64,000 nucleotides of DNA from Paraglomus brasilianum (Eukaryota): assembly GCA_910592345.1 (NCBI GenBank), contig CAJVPI010000033.1, positions 1 through 64,000 of the forward strand. Direction: 5' to 3'. The notes beneath the pieces are model-generated. The model was not told where the DNA came from, ran no database searches, and saw nothing but the letters and a program-made list of their open reading frames with translations. Both the position numbers and the translations under genes were made by a program. Positions within the stretch are counted from its first letter, which is position 1. Each line of letters starts with the position of its first letter. Positions 1 to 13,113 of the stretch are shown one piece after another.

Positions 1-257
1 TTATGGAGAGAATTCATTGTTATGGAGAAACTTGGTCTGACTTTTGTAAGTTATTTCCTACTGAAGTAGCTTGTAGATACTAATGATGAACCAAGAAAGA
101 AGCGAAAACTTGAAGAAACATAAAGCAAGAGTGCTTTCTTTATTATTGTTATAGTTGAATAACAAGCTAAAGTAAAATTAACTATCCTTCTATTTACTGT
201 TTGAATGTATTTTAATTTAAATAATGAAAAAAAACCCCCCCCAAAAAAATTTCTCAA

Positions 258-1030
258 TTACTTCCTTACCTTCAATCAAGGCCATTTTTTAGTTTCCTTG
301 ACTTCTACTTGAGCAACCTGACCATTCTGTTGCCCTTTTAATAATTTGTTTTCCTCTTCAACTGCTTAATTTTTTCTTCTAAACTATTTATCTTATTCAA
401 TAATTCTTGTTTTTGCTTTTTACTTTACTCCTCAGATTTTTCTTGAAATTTGGCTACTTCTCTTTTAATTTTTAAAGCTTCTTTAGCAGTTGATAACTCT
501 TTTTCTAGTTCTCTAGTCTTGTTTTCTAGATGAGAACTGAATGACTGAGAATCTAACTCCTCTCCAGTAAGAAGTGCGGTTTTGCTCTTTGTTTTATGAC
601 AATAACATAATCTCTTATTTCTTTTCAACCTATCACATTTTTTGCATCTTGGAAGAGTGCCATTATCGTATTCCACTTTACAGTCTTTACAAATAAAGGA
701 TATATCAAAATATTGTTCTGTCTCAGTGTGTGTTACCATTTGATGGGTAGCAGAAGCAGTGCTAAAATCAAGGTTGGTTTGGTCGTCATAATCCATAAAG
801 CAATAACTACAGTCGTTTTCTTTCTCTTTTGCTAACTCCAAAACTCTATACTATCTTTGCTTTCTTCAGAGTTTAATTTGATGAGATTAATAAAGATATC
901 TCTTTTAGCCTTATTTCTTACCTGTCAATGAATAGTTGATTGCTTATAATAAGGATAATATTGATAAGCATTAAAAATTACCCTTCTATATTAGCTGGGG
1001 TTAATGCTTGCTTATTGTTTATTATTTTTC
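258..1030 (-). pseudogene. Decayed Mollicutes-related endobacterium (MRE)-like gene: Cys-cluster plus coiled-coil protein, genetic code 4
   Basis: Intronless, AT-rich, K/E-rich. Joining across 1-nt shifts (~845, ~355, ~985) and one TAA (425-427) gives ...YKQSTIH(TGA)QVRNKAK...ELAKEKENDCSYC...CKDC...CKKC...CYC...QVAQVEVKETKKWP(TGA)LKVRK*. TGA at 925-927 and 276-278 reads naturally as Trp. Confidence 0.6.
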
Positions 1031-1184
1031 GTTCTTCTTGGTAAATTTCATAAGTGATTTTTTCTTTATCTAGATACTCCTGGAGAGTTTGGGTATCATT
1101 GATTTTAAAAACATAGGGAGCAATTTTTTCCCCTTGTTCTTTTTTTAGAATGCTTCTAATAGTGCTGTAATTCTTGGGTTCCAT
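978..1184 (-). pseudogene. Short MRE-like ORF or fragment (MEPKNYSTIRSILKKEQGEKIAPYVFKINDTQTLQEYLDKEKITYEIYQEE...)
   Basis: ORF track 978..1277. Intronless, with the same AT/K/E bias as the neighbouring MRE-like gene and packed against it. Confidence 0.4.
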
Positions 1185-1507
1185 GGTAGATTTAATAAAA
1201 ATTAGTTTCATATTTATATTTTTATATAGAGATAATCCTATATTAATCTTCAGATAATAATAGAAGCTTGCTAACATAAATTTGTGTACAAGTTATTGCT
1301 GTGATAATTTAGTCAAACTAGTTAATTTTAGCTACATCAGCCTCTCATTTATAGAATGTTCACTCTGCCTGGTTTTGTTGCAGTCTGCCCCATCTGATCT
1401 TATACCTGTTTTACAACTGTGTTTGAATTTAGTCGATTGTACTCGAAAGTTTGCCAATGTTTTTTCTGATAGCCCATTAAATTTCATTATACACCGTTGT
1501 ATCATAT

Positions 1508-4044
1508 TCAAAGTTTGAGCTGTGGAATATTGTAAAACTGATCCAAGCTTTCAGGATTTACTAGAGTCCCTGAAGGAATAACCTTCTCTCCACTAATGAT
1601 TCTCTTCACAGCTACTTCAACCTTCTTTCCGTTAACAGTATACTGTTATATAATGATAAACATAAATATGTGCTAGACTAAAACAATCATACATGTACAA
1701 CAGTCCCACTTACAGGAATTTGCTTGATTGCCAATATCACAGCTGGAACGTGTCTTGGGCTCAGCTGCTCTCTTATTTTCTTCTTGAGTCTTTCAACAAG
1801 TTCGTCCCTTAAATATAACCCCTCTGCCATCTTTACAAACAAGACAACTCTCTCATCATCCCCCATCTTTTGACCAATTACAAGGCTGTCTTCAATCTCC
1901 TTGAAACCATCAACTACATTGTAAATTTCAGCACTACCGAAGCGAACTCCACCCGGATTAAGTGTGCTGTCAGAACGCCCTAGCACTACAACTCCACCGG
2001 TTTTTGGATTAATCCAAACAAAATCTCCGTGATACCATGTCGAAGTATAATTGTCGAAATATGCAGCACGATATTTTGAATTGTTTGAATCGTTCCAAAA
2101 GAATATTGGCATACACGGAAACGGCTTGGTACAAACCAAATCACCTGACTGGCCATAGATTGGTTTGTCTTTAATAACAATGAAAATCAAGTTAGAGATT
2201 GTTAAGCATAATGTACAGAGGAAAACGTGCTATTGACCTTGTCCAATCCATGCTTCAACGGCCATGCCTAAACAGCGACATTGAATTTCTCCTCGATAAA
2301 CCGGCAGAGTGACATTATATCCAGCAAACAATGAGCATATGTCTGTGCCGCCTTGGATATCAAGAATTCTGTGTAAGATACTGGTCAAGTCCAAGTAATA
2401 TTGCAATAAAACTTTAAATTTGATGATTACCCGTGATGGAACCAAGAACTATATCTTTTTTGATTGCTTCATATACGAAATCAAAGCTTTCTGGATTTAA
2501 TGGTGATCCAGTGGATAGTACCACACGGATAGACTCGAGATTGTGGCGAGCTTTAGGTATGTATTCCACGTCCTGAAGAGATTGTATATACTTGGCAGAA
2601 ACGCCAAACACTGTAATTCTGTAAATTTAATATAATTAGAAAACGCCAGAAACACGTCTTTGCTTTTCATAATAAAAGTTGTATTCTACCTTAACGCATC
2701 CGCCAATTCCCATAGTATAGATGGACCTGGTATGAATGGTGATCCATCATACAGTACGACAGTACAACCAACACTCAATCCACCCACCAACCAATTCCAC
2801 ATCATCCATCCAGTCGTTGTATAATAGAAGAACACATCATCTGGAGTCAAACCACCATGTAGCATATGTTCCTTTTTGAACTGAAGAAGTAAACCACCTG
2901 CTCTATGAGTAATACATTTGGGTTTACCAGTAGTCCCAGAAGAGAAAAGGGCAAACAGTGGATGATCAAAAGGTAACTGTTCAAAATAAAGTTCTTCATT
3001 TTCATCAGCCATACTAAGAAGCTCATTCCAAGACATGGCACCAGGTATCTCTCGAATGTCCATTGACGCAGTCTCCACAAACGGTATAACGATCACTTTC
3101 TGCAATCCAATTTCATCAAGCTTCTCTGCCACTGTTTTCACCTTGGTTAGATGTTCATGAGTTTTACCGTTATACACCACTGCATTGACCGAGAACAGGA
3201 CCTTTGGATTAATTTGCGATATTCTATCAAGCACACCAGAAATTCCAAAATCAGGTGAAGTGCTTGCCCAAACACAGCCAATACTTGCTGCGGCAAGCAT
3301 AGCTATGACAGCTTCCGCGCAATTGCTAATGTATGCAGCAACGCGATCTCCTGGTCGGAGGCCGAGTTTGCGAAGGGACGAAGCGACCCGACGAACGGCG
3401 TTGTAGAGTTGTAGGTATGAAAGTGTCTGATAAGGCCGGTTTTCACCTGTTACAGGTAATAAAGAATAAATAGCATCCGACACTGTGCTCTACGTGTTAT
3501 TCAAGTGTTTAGTGATTGTCCACGGGCTTACCAGACGAAATCAAAGCAACCTTGTTCGGGTCGCGGCACCAAAGCAAATTTTCGGCAAAGTTTAGTCTGG
3601 CTCCAATGAACCAACCAGGAATTTCTTCCATAGGTTTAGACTCTAGGACCTAATCAAGCAGAAGAATCTGACATTGAGGCGAGAGTTTTCCTTTGTGTGC
3701 AATTAGGTGTAATAAGGAAGGCTATTTTCGTACTTGATCATAAGCTACAGAGTGAATTATTTTCGTGTAATTCCAGACGGATGCCCAAAATTCAGGAATA
3801 TTGTCCACAGACCATTTACGCAAGTCCTCATAGTTGGCTATTTACATTCGGTGAAAACGTTTCTACGTTAGTCGAGACACGTCTAACGACCAATGTTTTA
3901 ACTACAACGTTCGAGAGGGAAATCACCTAGCTTCAGGTTAAACTTTTTATTGACAATTCTACGAAAGTCTTCCATAGCAGTGTTGGAGACATCTTTGGGT
4001 CTCCATAATTCAACGGGGTTCAGAGGTATCGAAGAATCTGACAT
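1508..4044 (-). CDS. AACS: Acetoacetyl-CoA synthetase (acetoacetate-CoA ligase), multi-exon
   Basis: Start [16 protein letters not shown] at 4044. AMP-binding motif [13 protein letters not shown], plus [41 protein letters not shown]. Last exon [13 protein letters not shown]...PQLKL* (TGA at 1508-1510). GT-AG introns. Confidence 0.95.
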
Positions 4045-4204
4045 TAAAGCGAAAGGGGGAGACTAGTGCTAGAGAATGTTTAAAATTGAAATTTCCCCTT
4101 TTCAGAATCATCACACAAAAATTCGGTGGCTTAGTATTAGATTCCGATTTAAAAAAGCAAATATTAATATTAATATGGACAAAATTTAGTATCATAAGCG
4201 CAAG

Positions 4205-4812
4205 ATGTCTAGTTCCAGGAAGTTGAGCGATCAAGGTTGAGTCTTTGGTAACCAGAGGGATTGAGAGAGCTGGCGCGAGAAAAGGAATTCGTGCATGACT
4301 GCTAAACGCGTTGCTGGTCTTGATTCTTGAAATAGAGTTGACTGCCAAGTTTAACAATATGAAGTCCGATTTAAATAATCTTGCACAGAAGATTGGGGAG
4401 CTTGAAGGCGAGACTGAAGAACACAAGTACTTGTTACTCGTGTAATTTGTGACTTTATATATCTTGCTATTCTTTACTAAACAAGTTTCTATCGCTTTAC
4501 GCGTTTAGAGCGGTAATAGAAACGCTCTCTCCATTGAATGGTGACAGGAAATGTTTTCGACTAGTCGGAGGTGTTCTCGTCGAGCGTACCGTTAAAGACG
4601 TCTTGCCCGCTTTAAAGACAAACCATGAAGGGGTAAAATGCCGATTGAGAAGCGTGTTTTGGTATCGGTTATTCACAGAGTCTCATTCTTCTTCTAATTG
4701 CGCATAGATCAAACGAGTAATGGATCAATTAATCAAAACTTATAAAGAGAAAGAAGACGAATTCACAGCTTTTCAGAAAGAGTATAATATCAAGTTAGTC
4801 CCAAGGACATGA
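4205..4812 (+). CDS. GIM4: Prefoldin subunit 2, 4 exons (absent from the ORF track)
   Basis: Spliced translation MSSSRKLSDQ/ELTAKFNNMKSDLNNLAQKIGELEGETEEHK/AVIETLSPLNGDRKCFRLVGGVLVERTVKDVLPAL.../IKRVMDQLIKTYKEKEDEFTAFQKEYNIKLVPRT*. RKCFRLVGGVLVERTV is the prefoldin-2 hallmark. Confidence 0.95.
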
Positions 4813-4924
4813 AATTGTATGAAAAGTGGTGAGGCATTCATAATAATAGCGTTTACATCAGATATCATTTAATGCGTTTATTAAAACTCTATAAGTAACT
4901 TATTACACAGTATGAAACCTAGTA

Positions 4925-7282
4925 TTATTCAAACTTGGGATAATCTTTCCCATAATCAAGAGACGAATGATCCCTTGAAATTATCTTCCACACAGCAGCA
5001 AATACGACACCAAATAATGATAGGGTAATAAGTGGATGATTCCATATTCCGTTGTATGTCGTCTAGTAAAGATGGAACGAGATTAGCTATCAATCGGTCG
5101 CCAACAGTCAATAATAGTTCTATTACACTCTTTACCTTTGCGAATCTCTCAATGATGCTAATTGTACTTTTGCCAATGAGTCTATTTCCTTTAGCATCGT
5201 TAATAGCATCATATAACTCTGCTTCATCATAGACCGAAAATAAAGTTCCTCGTATTGTGTTGTCATAATATTCATCGCCCTATTCATCGTAAAAGTAATA
5301 TGATCAATCATATGTAATACAGTAGAAGTAGACAACAAATAGACTAATGTATCTTCTTTCCGCATTCTTTCCCTTGTCTGTCGCGCTTCAACCAAACAAC
5401 CACATTACCTCAGCATCGTGAATAACAACAGTGGGAAGGCTTGCTGTCTTAATTCCGTACATGCGTCCGATATATTCTGACCATCTAGTTCCATCAATCC
5501 ATGCAAACACAACCTCTCTTCCTCCTTCATTTCCACCTGCTTCGTTCACCTTTGAGTAATATTTTACTGCGACGTTCCTTAGTGACTTCTTTGCATCAAT
5601 AAACTTCTTTTCTTTTGGATTCATTATACCGAGTACAACCAGTTTCGATCCTTTGAGTATATCCTCCGAATTGCCCAGATCTATTTGCGTGAGCAGCGGA
5701 TATTTATGTTTTTGAATAAAGGCTTTGAGAGATTTGACGTCGGTGAATGCGTTCGACGCACTCGAGGTATATCGGTAATTAATATCGGATTTAACGACTA
5801 GAAACGTCGGAATTTCAGAGATACCAAGTTGTAGTAGGATTTCTGAATCGTCCGAAACGTAGAATTTGCCAATAGAGAAGAATGTTTTAGAGAGGTCGTT
5901 GATTGTTGTCTGGGATTTAAAGAAGGGTAGGGTCAATCAAATAGCCTGGCATAGTATTACAAACATCAGCATTTCTCAGATTCACACGATACCCACCATT
6001 GCTTCAGCAGAAGTTTTTGAATCGTAGACGAATAAAAAGAACAAATCCTCCTTTTCTCTGATTTCAGCAAAGTCATCAGCATTTATTTTTATGGCGCCAG
6101 CAGCGACGGCCTTCTCAGCCCACTTTTTCAATTCTTCCAATTTACGCGAGCCTCTGTAATCCGTTGTTTCGCCATTTATCAACAGTTTCAGAGTAGGGTA
6201 TCCCCTTATTGAGTAATTATTGCAGATATCTTATATATCAAATAGTTTGAGTGAGTATGATGCCAATAAAGAACGAGGAAACTTTTGTGCACCTCGACTC
6301 ATCCCTTTCCTAACAACCTCGTAGTTTAATTTCTCAAATACAACATACCTCCCTCGACAGTACAATCTACTGTCCCAACATTAACTTTTCCTTTCAAGAC
6401 ATTCCCCAGCTTTTCCCATGTTGGCTTCAATGTCTGACAATGTGGACACCAAGGAGCAAAGAACTTGATGAACCATGGGCCTGATCGTGCCAGCTCGTCA
6501 AAATTTTTACTATTCAACTCTACTACTTCGCCATTAGGGTTGATTGGTTTGACGTAGTATTTTGAGGCACTGGATACGATAAATTCTGTAAGTTCTTCGG
6601 GAGTGCGCTGACCATTGTATTTTTGGACCATTTTGCCATTTGCGAAACTGCACGTAATCGTGATATCGAAAGCGGAAGAACAGAGTTAGAGGTAGCCCTC
6701 CCCGAAAAAAAGATCGTTTGATACAATTAAGACTCATAACACTTACAGCAAAAGAGATGGTGTTCCGCTAATGTCATACTTATCACCGATATCTATTAAT
6801 GATTGTTTTATTCTCCAGAATCATGTTGCCAGAATCCGAGAAACTTTAAAAATAGCTTAAATAGATACTTACCCCCTTCCAAGGTGATGTCAACTTGTCC
6901 AAAACGAAAATTTTTTATACCTTCCAGATCAGCGTGATCGAGTGCCAGAGCCTTCCATGTTGGCTCTATTCACAAACGACGCAAGGGTTGGTTACTTTAC
7001 TATTTCCTATCTCGTGCCACACGTTAAAGCGTGAAATTAATAATTCGCATACCAAAGTCTTTACAATGTGCGCAATACGGACTGTAGAAATTCACTAGCC
7101 TGAAGAAAGTCTTGATATTAAGATACTGTATACTTGCTGATTGCATATCTTTACAAACTTTTGTATACTTACCACGTTCCTTTGGATATATTGTCAAAGT
7201 TGGACTGAGTCAGAGATAATATTTCGGCACGCAAGGTGCTCACGAAAAAGATTAATACAACTACTAATATCGGAAGCTGCAT
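4925..7282 (-). CDS. ER protein-disulfide-isomerase-like multi-thioredoxin protein with C-terminal TM helix (Eps1/TXNDC5-like)
   Basis: Signal peptide MQLPILVVVLIFFVSTLRA. Active sites FYSPYCAHC and FFAPWCPHC, then GYPTLKL and b-type domains. TM NHPLITLSLFGVVFAAVW, end DYPKFE* (4925). Confidence 0.88.
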
Positions 7283-8068
7283 CCTCTTGTTCTATTGTAA
7301 GGAGAAGAACTCGACTTGCATTTTAAAAATCCAAACAGTTATGTTATTGCTTCATTAGGGCAGGATTACTAAGACGAGAGTGGAATGGGGATAGAGTTGC
7401 CAACTATGGTGTGATCTGTTTCTGAAAGTTTCATAATAGCTCGCACAAAAACTGCAAAATAATTAGATTAGTATTAGTGTTAGGATTTATACATTTAAAG
7501 TGATGCTTAAACTACAATACAACTTTGAAACTAACTATTACGCCGCCAAGAAGTGACATTACTTAATTAGTTCTCATACTATCACAATTACTATGAGAAA
7601 GGCTGTTTCTTGGGTGATGTGATGTCATTGAAGTTAATATGTGCAAGCATAGGACCGATAGAAATGGTTCTAAAGTTATAAGTTGACGAAAGTCTCTGCT
7701 CACTATGTTGAAATAGTAATAGTACTATACCAATTTGCAGTAGATACTACTCCTTGTCTTTCTTGTTATTGCTGGCTCCGTTATAGAAAACATAAATCCT
7801 CTTAATACATATTATAAGGAATTTGGCATTGACAATTTTCTCAAAAGCTTATTTTGCTTCATTGGTATCTTATTTACGGAAGCCGCGACACTATTTTATT
7901 ACCCAGTTAATGCTCACAATTGTAAATGCAGCAACAAGAATCTTCTTCTTAAACACTCGTTGTTACAAGATAGCGAATATTTATTAGGGCGCAAAGCCAC
8001 GATTCTACATTCTATTAACACCTTAATATTAAGACCTTTATTAGTACAATATTATGTAAGGAAAGATA

Positions 8069-8201
8069 GTCTCGATATAACGACACTGCTATATAACGAC
8101 AGAAATCTTAGAACAAAAAATTTTATATTGCTTTGGTTGTCGTATGTAAGTTAATTCTCGACATAAAGACATTCTCGTCGTTATATCGAGACCCACTTGT
8201 A
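8069..8201. mobile_element. Degenerate MITE (pogo/Tc1-mariner type)
   Basis: 16-bp inverted repeat gtctcgatataacgac (8069-8084) / gtcgttatatcgagac (8177-8192). Internal partial copy tatataacgac. Right end ...cacttgTA. Confidence 0.55.
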
Positions 8202-8372
8202 TTTACAATTCGAAACTTTAAAAAATTGTAGGTTACTATTTTGGTATTCATAATAATAATGCATCGTGTGATCCAGTTGTACAACTATGAGACAGACCTA
8301 TTACTATATGCTTATACTAACTGAATTTATCCCTGCGTTTAGACATCGACTCTCTATGGATAAACCGTTCTT

Positions 8373-10038
8373 TCAGTCTTGTCCAATGCGACTATCAACA
8401 ATAAAATCCGCCACTGCAAAACCATCCACATTTATCCATACTTTTTCGCATATGTTCCAAAGGTATTTCTCAAATGTAGCGTTTAAAAGCGTACGCGACT
8501 CGGAGGTGATGTTGATCGTTAGAGACTGAGATAGCAGAGAAAGTAACTGTTGCACGGAGGTTGCTGAATAAAGCAAGATGATAACTCGACTTGAAATGAC
8601 TTTTAGGAGCTAATCGAATACTTGGAATAATTACGCACCTGTCCAGCAAATAGGAGGGCTTTCTTCAAGGATCCACAATAAATAATAACACGTATCTTCT
8701 GCAATCCACATCATTTCCTCATTTTCTGAGCTACTACTGACTTTTTCGATTTTCTCTCTCTTTCCTTCATATATAATTGTCATCTCATGAATAACGCTCT
8801 TTACTATACTCTTCCCAATACTCTCATCAAACGTTCCAATATCTACAATCATTCTAACCAAACATGCTCGTGGATCGCGCTGCAGATTTTGCAGCAAGTT
8901 GAAGCAGCAATGATAGTTAAGAAATGACAGGGGATGGAGGAGCGAGACCAAACGAGAAAGGGTAGAATGGAGTGACTGGTAGGGAAAGTATGTGACTGGT
9001 ACGATAACTTTGTAAAGAAAAGAAAAAAAAATGGTTGTTGAATAGCCCAAAAAATTAAGAGCAGAATACGTTTCAGGGAACAATTCCTATTATAATTACC
9101 GCAGAGCTTTCTTATAGTGTCGCCAAATCTTTTCAGGCACGTTTCAAATATAATCTCGAATTGATTCTCTTCTTCCTCGCCTCCCTTGATTGGTGATTTA
9201 TAATAACTCTTTTCTTTCCCTGCTTCCGCTCTTTTCTCCATTTCTTCACCTAGTCTTTCTCGAATTCCTTTCAACTTTGTTTCCGTCTTTCTAGTCTCTT
9301 GAACAACCATATTTTCAATCTTAACTTCCATGAAAGAAACAATTTTTTCTATCGCCCTTTGCATTGCATCGATCGACGTGGCTGATATTGTCTGGCGAAA
9401 TGATGAATAATGGAGATTGAATGCTTGTATGTGTTGAAGAAAGGACGTTGCATATGATACATCGTAAGAGATAGAGGGAACTTATGATTTGGAAATAAAT
9501 AGATAAAAAAAGTCAGTATATTTAAGAGTTAGTAATCGAAATAATTGAGTAAACATATACATTCGCTATCGTTAAATATGGCCAAGTTATCGTCATCGAT
9601 ACATGTCTTTAGAACTTGAGTTGTCTCTGGACGAGTACGGGTCATCCTCAGATCACAGTCTGATTCCGGCTCTGATTTTGTTTTTCGCCTTTTCAAAAGT
9701 TGTTTCTTTGATTCTATTTCTGCAAATCATGAATCAGTATTCACGCTTACAGTTATTATAGTATAGTGCTTCGTTTGACGCTCGACCTCAATTCGGTAGT
9801 TAAACAATATCTATTTACCAAGTTCGGCAACACATAACTTTTGTTTAAGAGATTCTATTTCAGCCAATGCACGTTTTTTCCATTCGAGATTCTCATGCGT
9901 ACTGTCTAATAAATGGTGTTGTTTGTATGGGATTTCCGTTGTGCATGTATTTACAGGACACGTCGGCTGACTTGTCTCGTTTGATTTGAGCGCGAGATTG
10001 TGGGTAATTTGACGAATATAGTCTGAGTAATAAGACAT
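8373..10038 (-). CDS. Hypothetical multi-exon protein with coiled-coil segments; ends uncertain
   Basis: Co-oriented ORFs 9811..10038, 8849..9364, 8631..9083 and 8373..8576 can be joined by GT-AG introns (e.g. ~9098-9009). No recognisable motif. Confidence 0.5.
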
Positions 10039-12557
10039 TTGAGAGAGCGTGCGCGTACGTTAATAGTAGTAATAATATAGTATTAGTCTTGGATTTATTG
10101 CTAGACACCTTGTAGTGTAATATCTGCTGGTTTGGAATGCATTATCGAAATTGCCTTGTAGAGTTATCGAAATGCGTTTTGTTAACAAGTGAGGGTGCTA
10201 ATATAATGATATAATGCAAATTTCTACCATTGCGAGTGTTACTTTTGAGATAATTTGATTATATTCCAAGTGTGACATATTAGTGCTTACTAGAGGGAAA
10301 AGTTTGAGACATGTTATTTATAATATTTAAAATTTAAACTCAGAATTCGTCGCGTTGTTGCTATTATTGTTGTGTCCAATAACATCTTATATTCGCTTCT
10401 GGCTTACGTGTGCCATGATATTTGTAATGGTTAATTCGCTTCGCCGACACTTTCTAAAAGGTTTGTGCATCTACTCGCATGAAATACACAATACTTATCT
10501 GTCAGAAAAGATAACGAACACGTGACTTATCCAACAGTATTTGATACTAACCAATTAAAGCAAGAAGTATAAACTTTAAGAATGAAACTAACACGAGATC
10601 AACGGATAGAAAGAAAACTGTCAAAAAGCTTAATATTAACTTGACAAGTATGTTAACCACAAAACAAAGAAGTTTATTGAAACGGTGACGCACGGAAAAA
10701 TGTCATGGTCTGACATGTAAACAGCCTGTTCTTATGCCCCATATACAATAGCACCAAGACTCGCTTACTAAGTAGAATGATCTATTAATGGTCTAAAAAT
10801 GAAACATAGGAACAGAAAAAGCAGAAGTAGTTAATCAGACGAAATAATGGTTAGACCAATAGTTTTCTCGGTTTGTTGTTTATCCTTGGTATTTGTATGT
10901 CTTACATGTGAGAGAGCACAAAAATAATGTACCTTTATTTAGGTTAGTGCCGATAAAGGGCAATCACAACATTGAAAAAAGTAATTAGATACGATATATC
11001 TGAAACCATTCGTGAAAAGGAGTGCAGGACTGTGGCCGTGAACAACTTGTGAAATTGGGGCGCTGCACATAGACTGATTCGACAGTATATCAGAATATTC
11101 TGTGTCTCCCTTATCTCCCTCTCTCCCTCTCTCGTGCGCGTACATCGATGATGCTAGTTGATTGCCCTGAAAGGCTTAACCTGTTTGTATAGCGACGATA
11201 AAACGATGATCAAATGCCCCGTTTTTAGAATTCATGGAACCTCCCCCTTTCATTTGTTGGGGATGAAGAAGGTGTCGACAAGCGTAATGTAAGAATTCTC
11301 AATGTTTTAAATGGGGATGATCAAGTGACTTTCTAAAACTTTATTGGGGTTTCTTTTTTGTATGCCGCATATATAATTGTGTAACAGAATAAATAATTTT
11401 TTGGTCGTACTCGCAACGTAGCTAGTTTTGTTTGGCGGGAATCGGCTGTATTTGCAATTTGCAATTAATGTGGGCCGGACGTTCCGAAGAAAAAAAAAAG
11501 TGACATTTCCATAGTTTTACTGTAGGACGAGACCCAAAATGTCATCACCTGCCAAGTAACTTGGCAATAAATTTGCATTCCGATAGTCACGTTGCAGAGC
11601 AGCATGTGAAAAGACGAGAGTGTTCTTTGAATAGCGAAACTGGACGTTTGTAATACTAATAAGGATGCTTAAAATTAGCTAATATTACGCACTATCACGC
11701 TCGCGTGACCATGCAAAATGAAAATAAAATAAGGATAACTGAGTGACAGCAGAAAGGGGCTTGCCAATTGTGTGATAATACGAGCCCAAGAATTAATAAT
11801 AATCCATCAAATGATATTAATGTTATTATTAGTGTTACATGTCACCGTACCCAGAACTTTGAAATGTCCCAAACCAGTCAATGTAAACTGTGTATCAGTT
11901 CAGTCTAGTATTATGCGGTTTGCTGATCAAGCTGCAAACTTCTTTTTTTTTTTTTACAATCTGATCAGTGGTCCGATGCACCGTACCCCTCATTTACTAT
12001 CCTCCCGAGTCGCCAATCTTTTTTCATTCGGAACTTGATATCGGGTTTAAAACAGACAAGATGGATCTTTTCATCTCTGAAAAAAAAACAACTGTACACA
12101 GATCTCTTTGTTTACGATTGATAACTTTCCCGTCCCAAGAAACATTTTTACAAACGCATATCTCCGTGATGGGCGATCACCTGACAGCATCTTGAAATCT
12201 ACTTTCAACTCCGAATTAAGTGATTGCGCAAGTCATGCTATAAACCTAGATTTATTTGTGGAACTGTTGAGAAGTTTATTCCCCCCAAATTAGATATTCA
12301 GGTCATGCGATTGAGAATAATGAATAGAATGTCTAGATGAACAATGGTGATACTTGCGCAAATTAAAAATAAACGTCACTTACAAATAACTTCATTCAAA
12401 GGGATGTAACCTGTTATGAAGTTGCCCGAAACCATCGATCTTCATCTATCATCTTCCATCTACAACTGTTCAAGTGCACCACTCACATCCTTTCTCTAGA
12501 TAATCTGTCATATCGCATCTTGTCTGCTCGTTGCAAGTCTTCATGTGGAAACCCCAA

Positions 12558-12769
12558 GATAAGAACCCAATTTTACTATTCTTAACTGAACAAGGTGGTT
12601 TTTTTTTCTACTGCTTTTTTGGGTATTGCAAGTTGTGTATTTCCTATTTCAGGTTTCTAACCGCTTTTTGCTTGTTGATAAGGGAGATAAGTACTAATCC
12701 CAAAATGGCTTATCTGGGTATCGAATGATTACGTTACCGTCGGTATCTGACATACTCTATTATGACTCA
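12558..12769. promoter_or_regulatory. GATAAG cluster plus TGACTCA upstream of glutamine synthetase
   Basis: GATAAG at 12558, 12677 and 12686; CTTATC at 12709; TGACTCA at 12763. All 350-560 bp upstream of the GLN1 ATG. Confidence 0.5.
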
Positions 12770-13113
12770 CTGTCCCGTGTGATTAAATTATATTACCCAT
12801 ACATATTAAACTACTCCTGGTGTAACCGGTGCAACCGGTGTAACATAAAATAGATAAACTTTGTACATCGTTCTACATTGTATACATTGATCATCTATCT
12901 ACCGCATCTACGGTATGACATCCCCGATGTAAATTACACAAAAAAAAAGTGTTTAAAAAGCCGTCCCATCTGCCCTTCCCCGTCTCTTCATAGCAAATCA
13001 ATCAAACAACTGTCAATCAAACAACTACAAACTGTTATTCACCCAACTAACAACACACACAACACACCCAACACACACACTTTTTTTCACGAATTATCAC
13101 GAAATTTAACGAA

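Noticed and set aside
1508..1522. AACS C-terminus -LKL as a peroxisomal PTS1
   Set aside because: Leu at position -3 is non-consensus, and there is no readthrough context.
9009..9098. Apparent frameshift between ORFs 8849..9364 and 8631..9083
   Set aside because: Explained by a GT...AG intron with a polypyrimidine tract.
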